Shown: positions 19,370-20,000 of the stretch, piece after piece
Layout: every line of letters begins with the position of its first letter
Numbering within the stretch: position 1 is the first letter of the stretch
Assembly (NCBI GenBank): GCA_040437565.1
Contig: JBDOQK010000020.1
Location: 491,345-511,344, forward strand
Length of the DNA: 20,000 nucleotides
Source of the DNA: Albugo candida
Lineage: Eukaryota
Direction: 5' to 3'
Made by a program: the position numbers and the translations under genes
Notes under the pieces: model-generated
Seen by the model: only the letters and a program-made list of their open reading frames with translations
What the model was told of the DNA's origin: nothing
Databases searched by the model: none

Positions 19370-20000
19370 GTTGCTTGCTGGTGAGTGGTTTTATAAGTGG
19401 AAGAAAGAAGTCAAAGTATAAATCCGGAGAAAAGAAGTCAATTTCCTTCTGAGAGTGCAAAAATTATAGAGCGCACCAAACAGACGGTGCAAGAGAGTGA
19501 TTGAGCGGTAAAGCATAACCATCAGGTGTACCTGTCATAATAGATATTAAGCAGGATACGATTTCACATTACATATTCAAGTATAGGATAGCCCCTGCCC
19601 GTTTTTATATACTGCGTGTTCAAAGCATCAACCAGGCACGTATGTCACCATGTTAGGGCGCGCTATACGGATAATGCACAATATCGCGACATATTCTGAT
19701 GCATCCGTATGTCTTCTCTATATCAGACCCTCTCAGTGCAACAACACTAAGAAATGTATACGTGTACATCATCATGATGCGCAGAACATCGCGGTTGTCA
19801 ATCAGCATGCCATTAATGGAGAATCTATAAGTTTTAAATGTACACTCTTGTAAGATCTACATTCATGTCTATTTAAATTAGTACTCTCACAACTTTTTCT
19901 TTTTTGCAAAATACATACATAATTTTACATTTCTAATTAATTACCCCCACACACACCCTAAATTGTTGTGCCAATAACTTCACTCAGGAATTATTTGTGA

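Noticed and set aside
19650-20000. 67-aa ORF and a single CCCTAAA telomere-like heptamer (19956-19962)
   Set aside because: The ORF has no motifs, and one heptamer copy is not a telomeric array.

Overview
Gene-dense eukaryotic window, most likely from a compact oomycete genome. An Albugo-like assignment is an inference from moderate GC, 49-88 nt GT-AG introns, intergenic gaps often near 100-150 bp and the gene content. It holds nine protein-coding genes: a 5'-truncated TAZ zinc-finger protein, a stand-alone aspartate kinase resembling the kinase half of bacterial AK-DapDC, a PX-domain protein, Rae1/Gle2 (4 exons), an S53 sedolisin/TPP1-like protease with a C-terminal membrane anchor, BBS9/PTHB1 (3 exons), an RBM26/27-like PWI+RRM protein (4 exons), a 1718-aa P4-ATPase flippase, and an acidic PX protein with a predicted dual acylation motif. 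A 100-N scaffold gap is flanked by a duplicated 33-mer. The most interesting observation is that the P4-ATPase carries a dysferlin (DysF/Pex24p-like) domain after its GFAF autoinhibitory motif and has non-canonical lipid-site residues, suggesting a flippase regulated by lipid sensing. All family calls come from motif recognition by eye; no database search was run.
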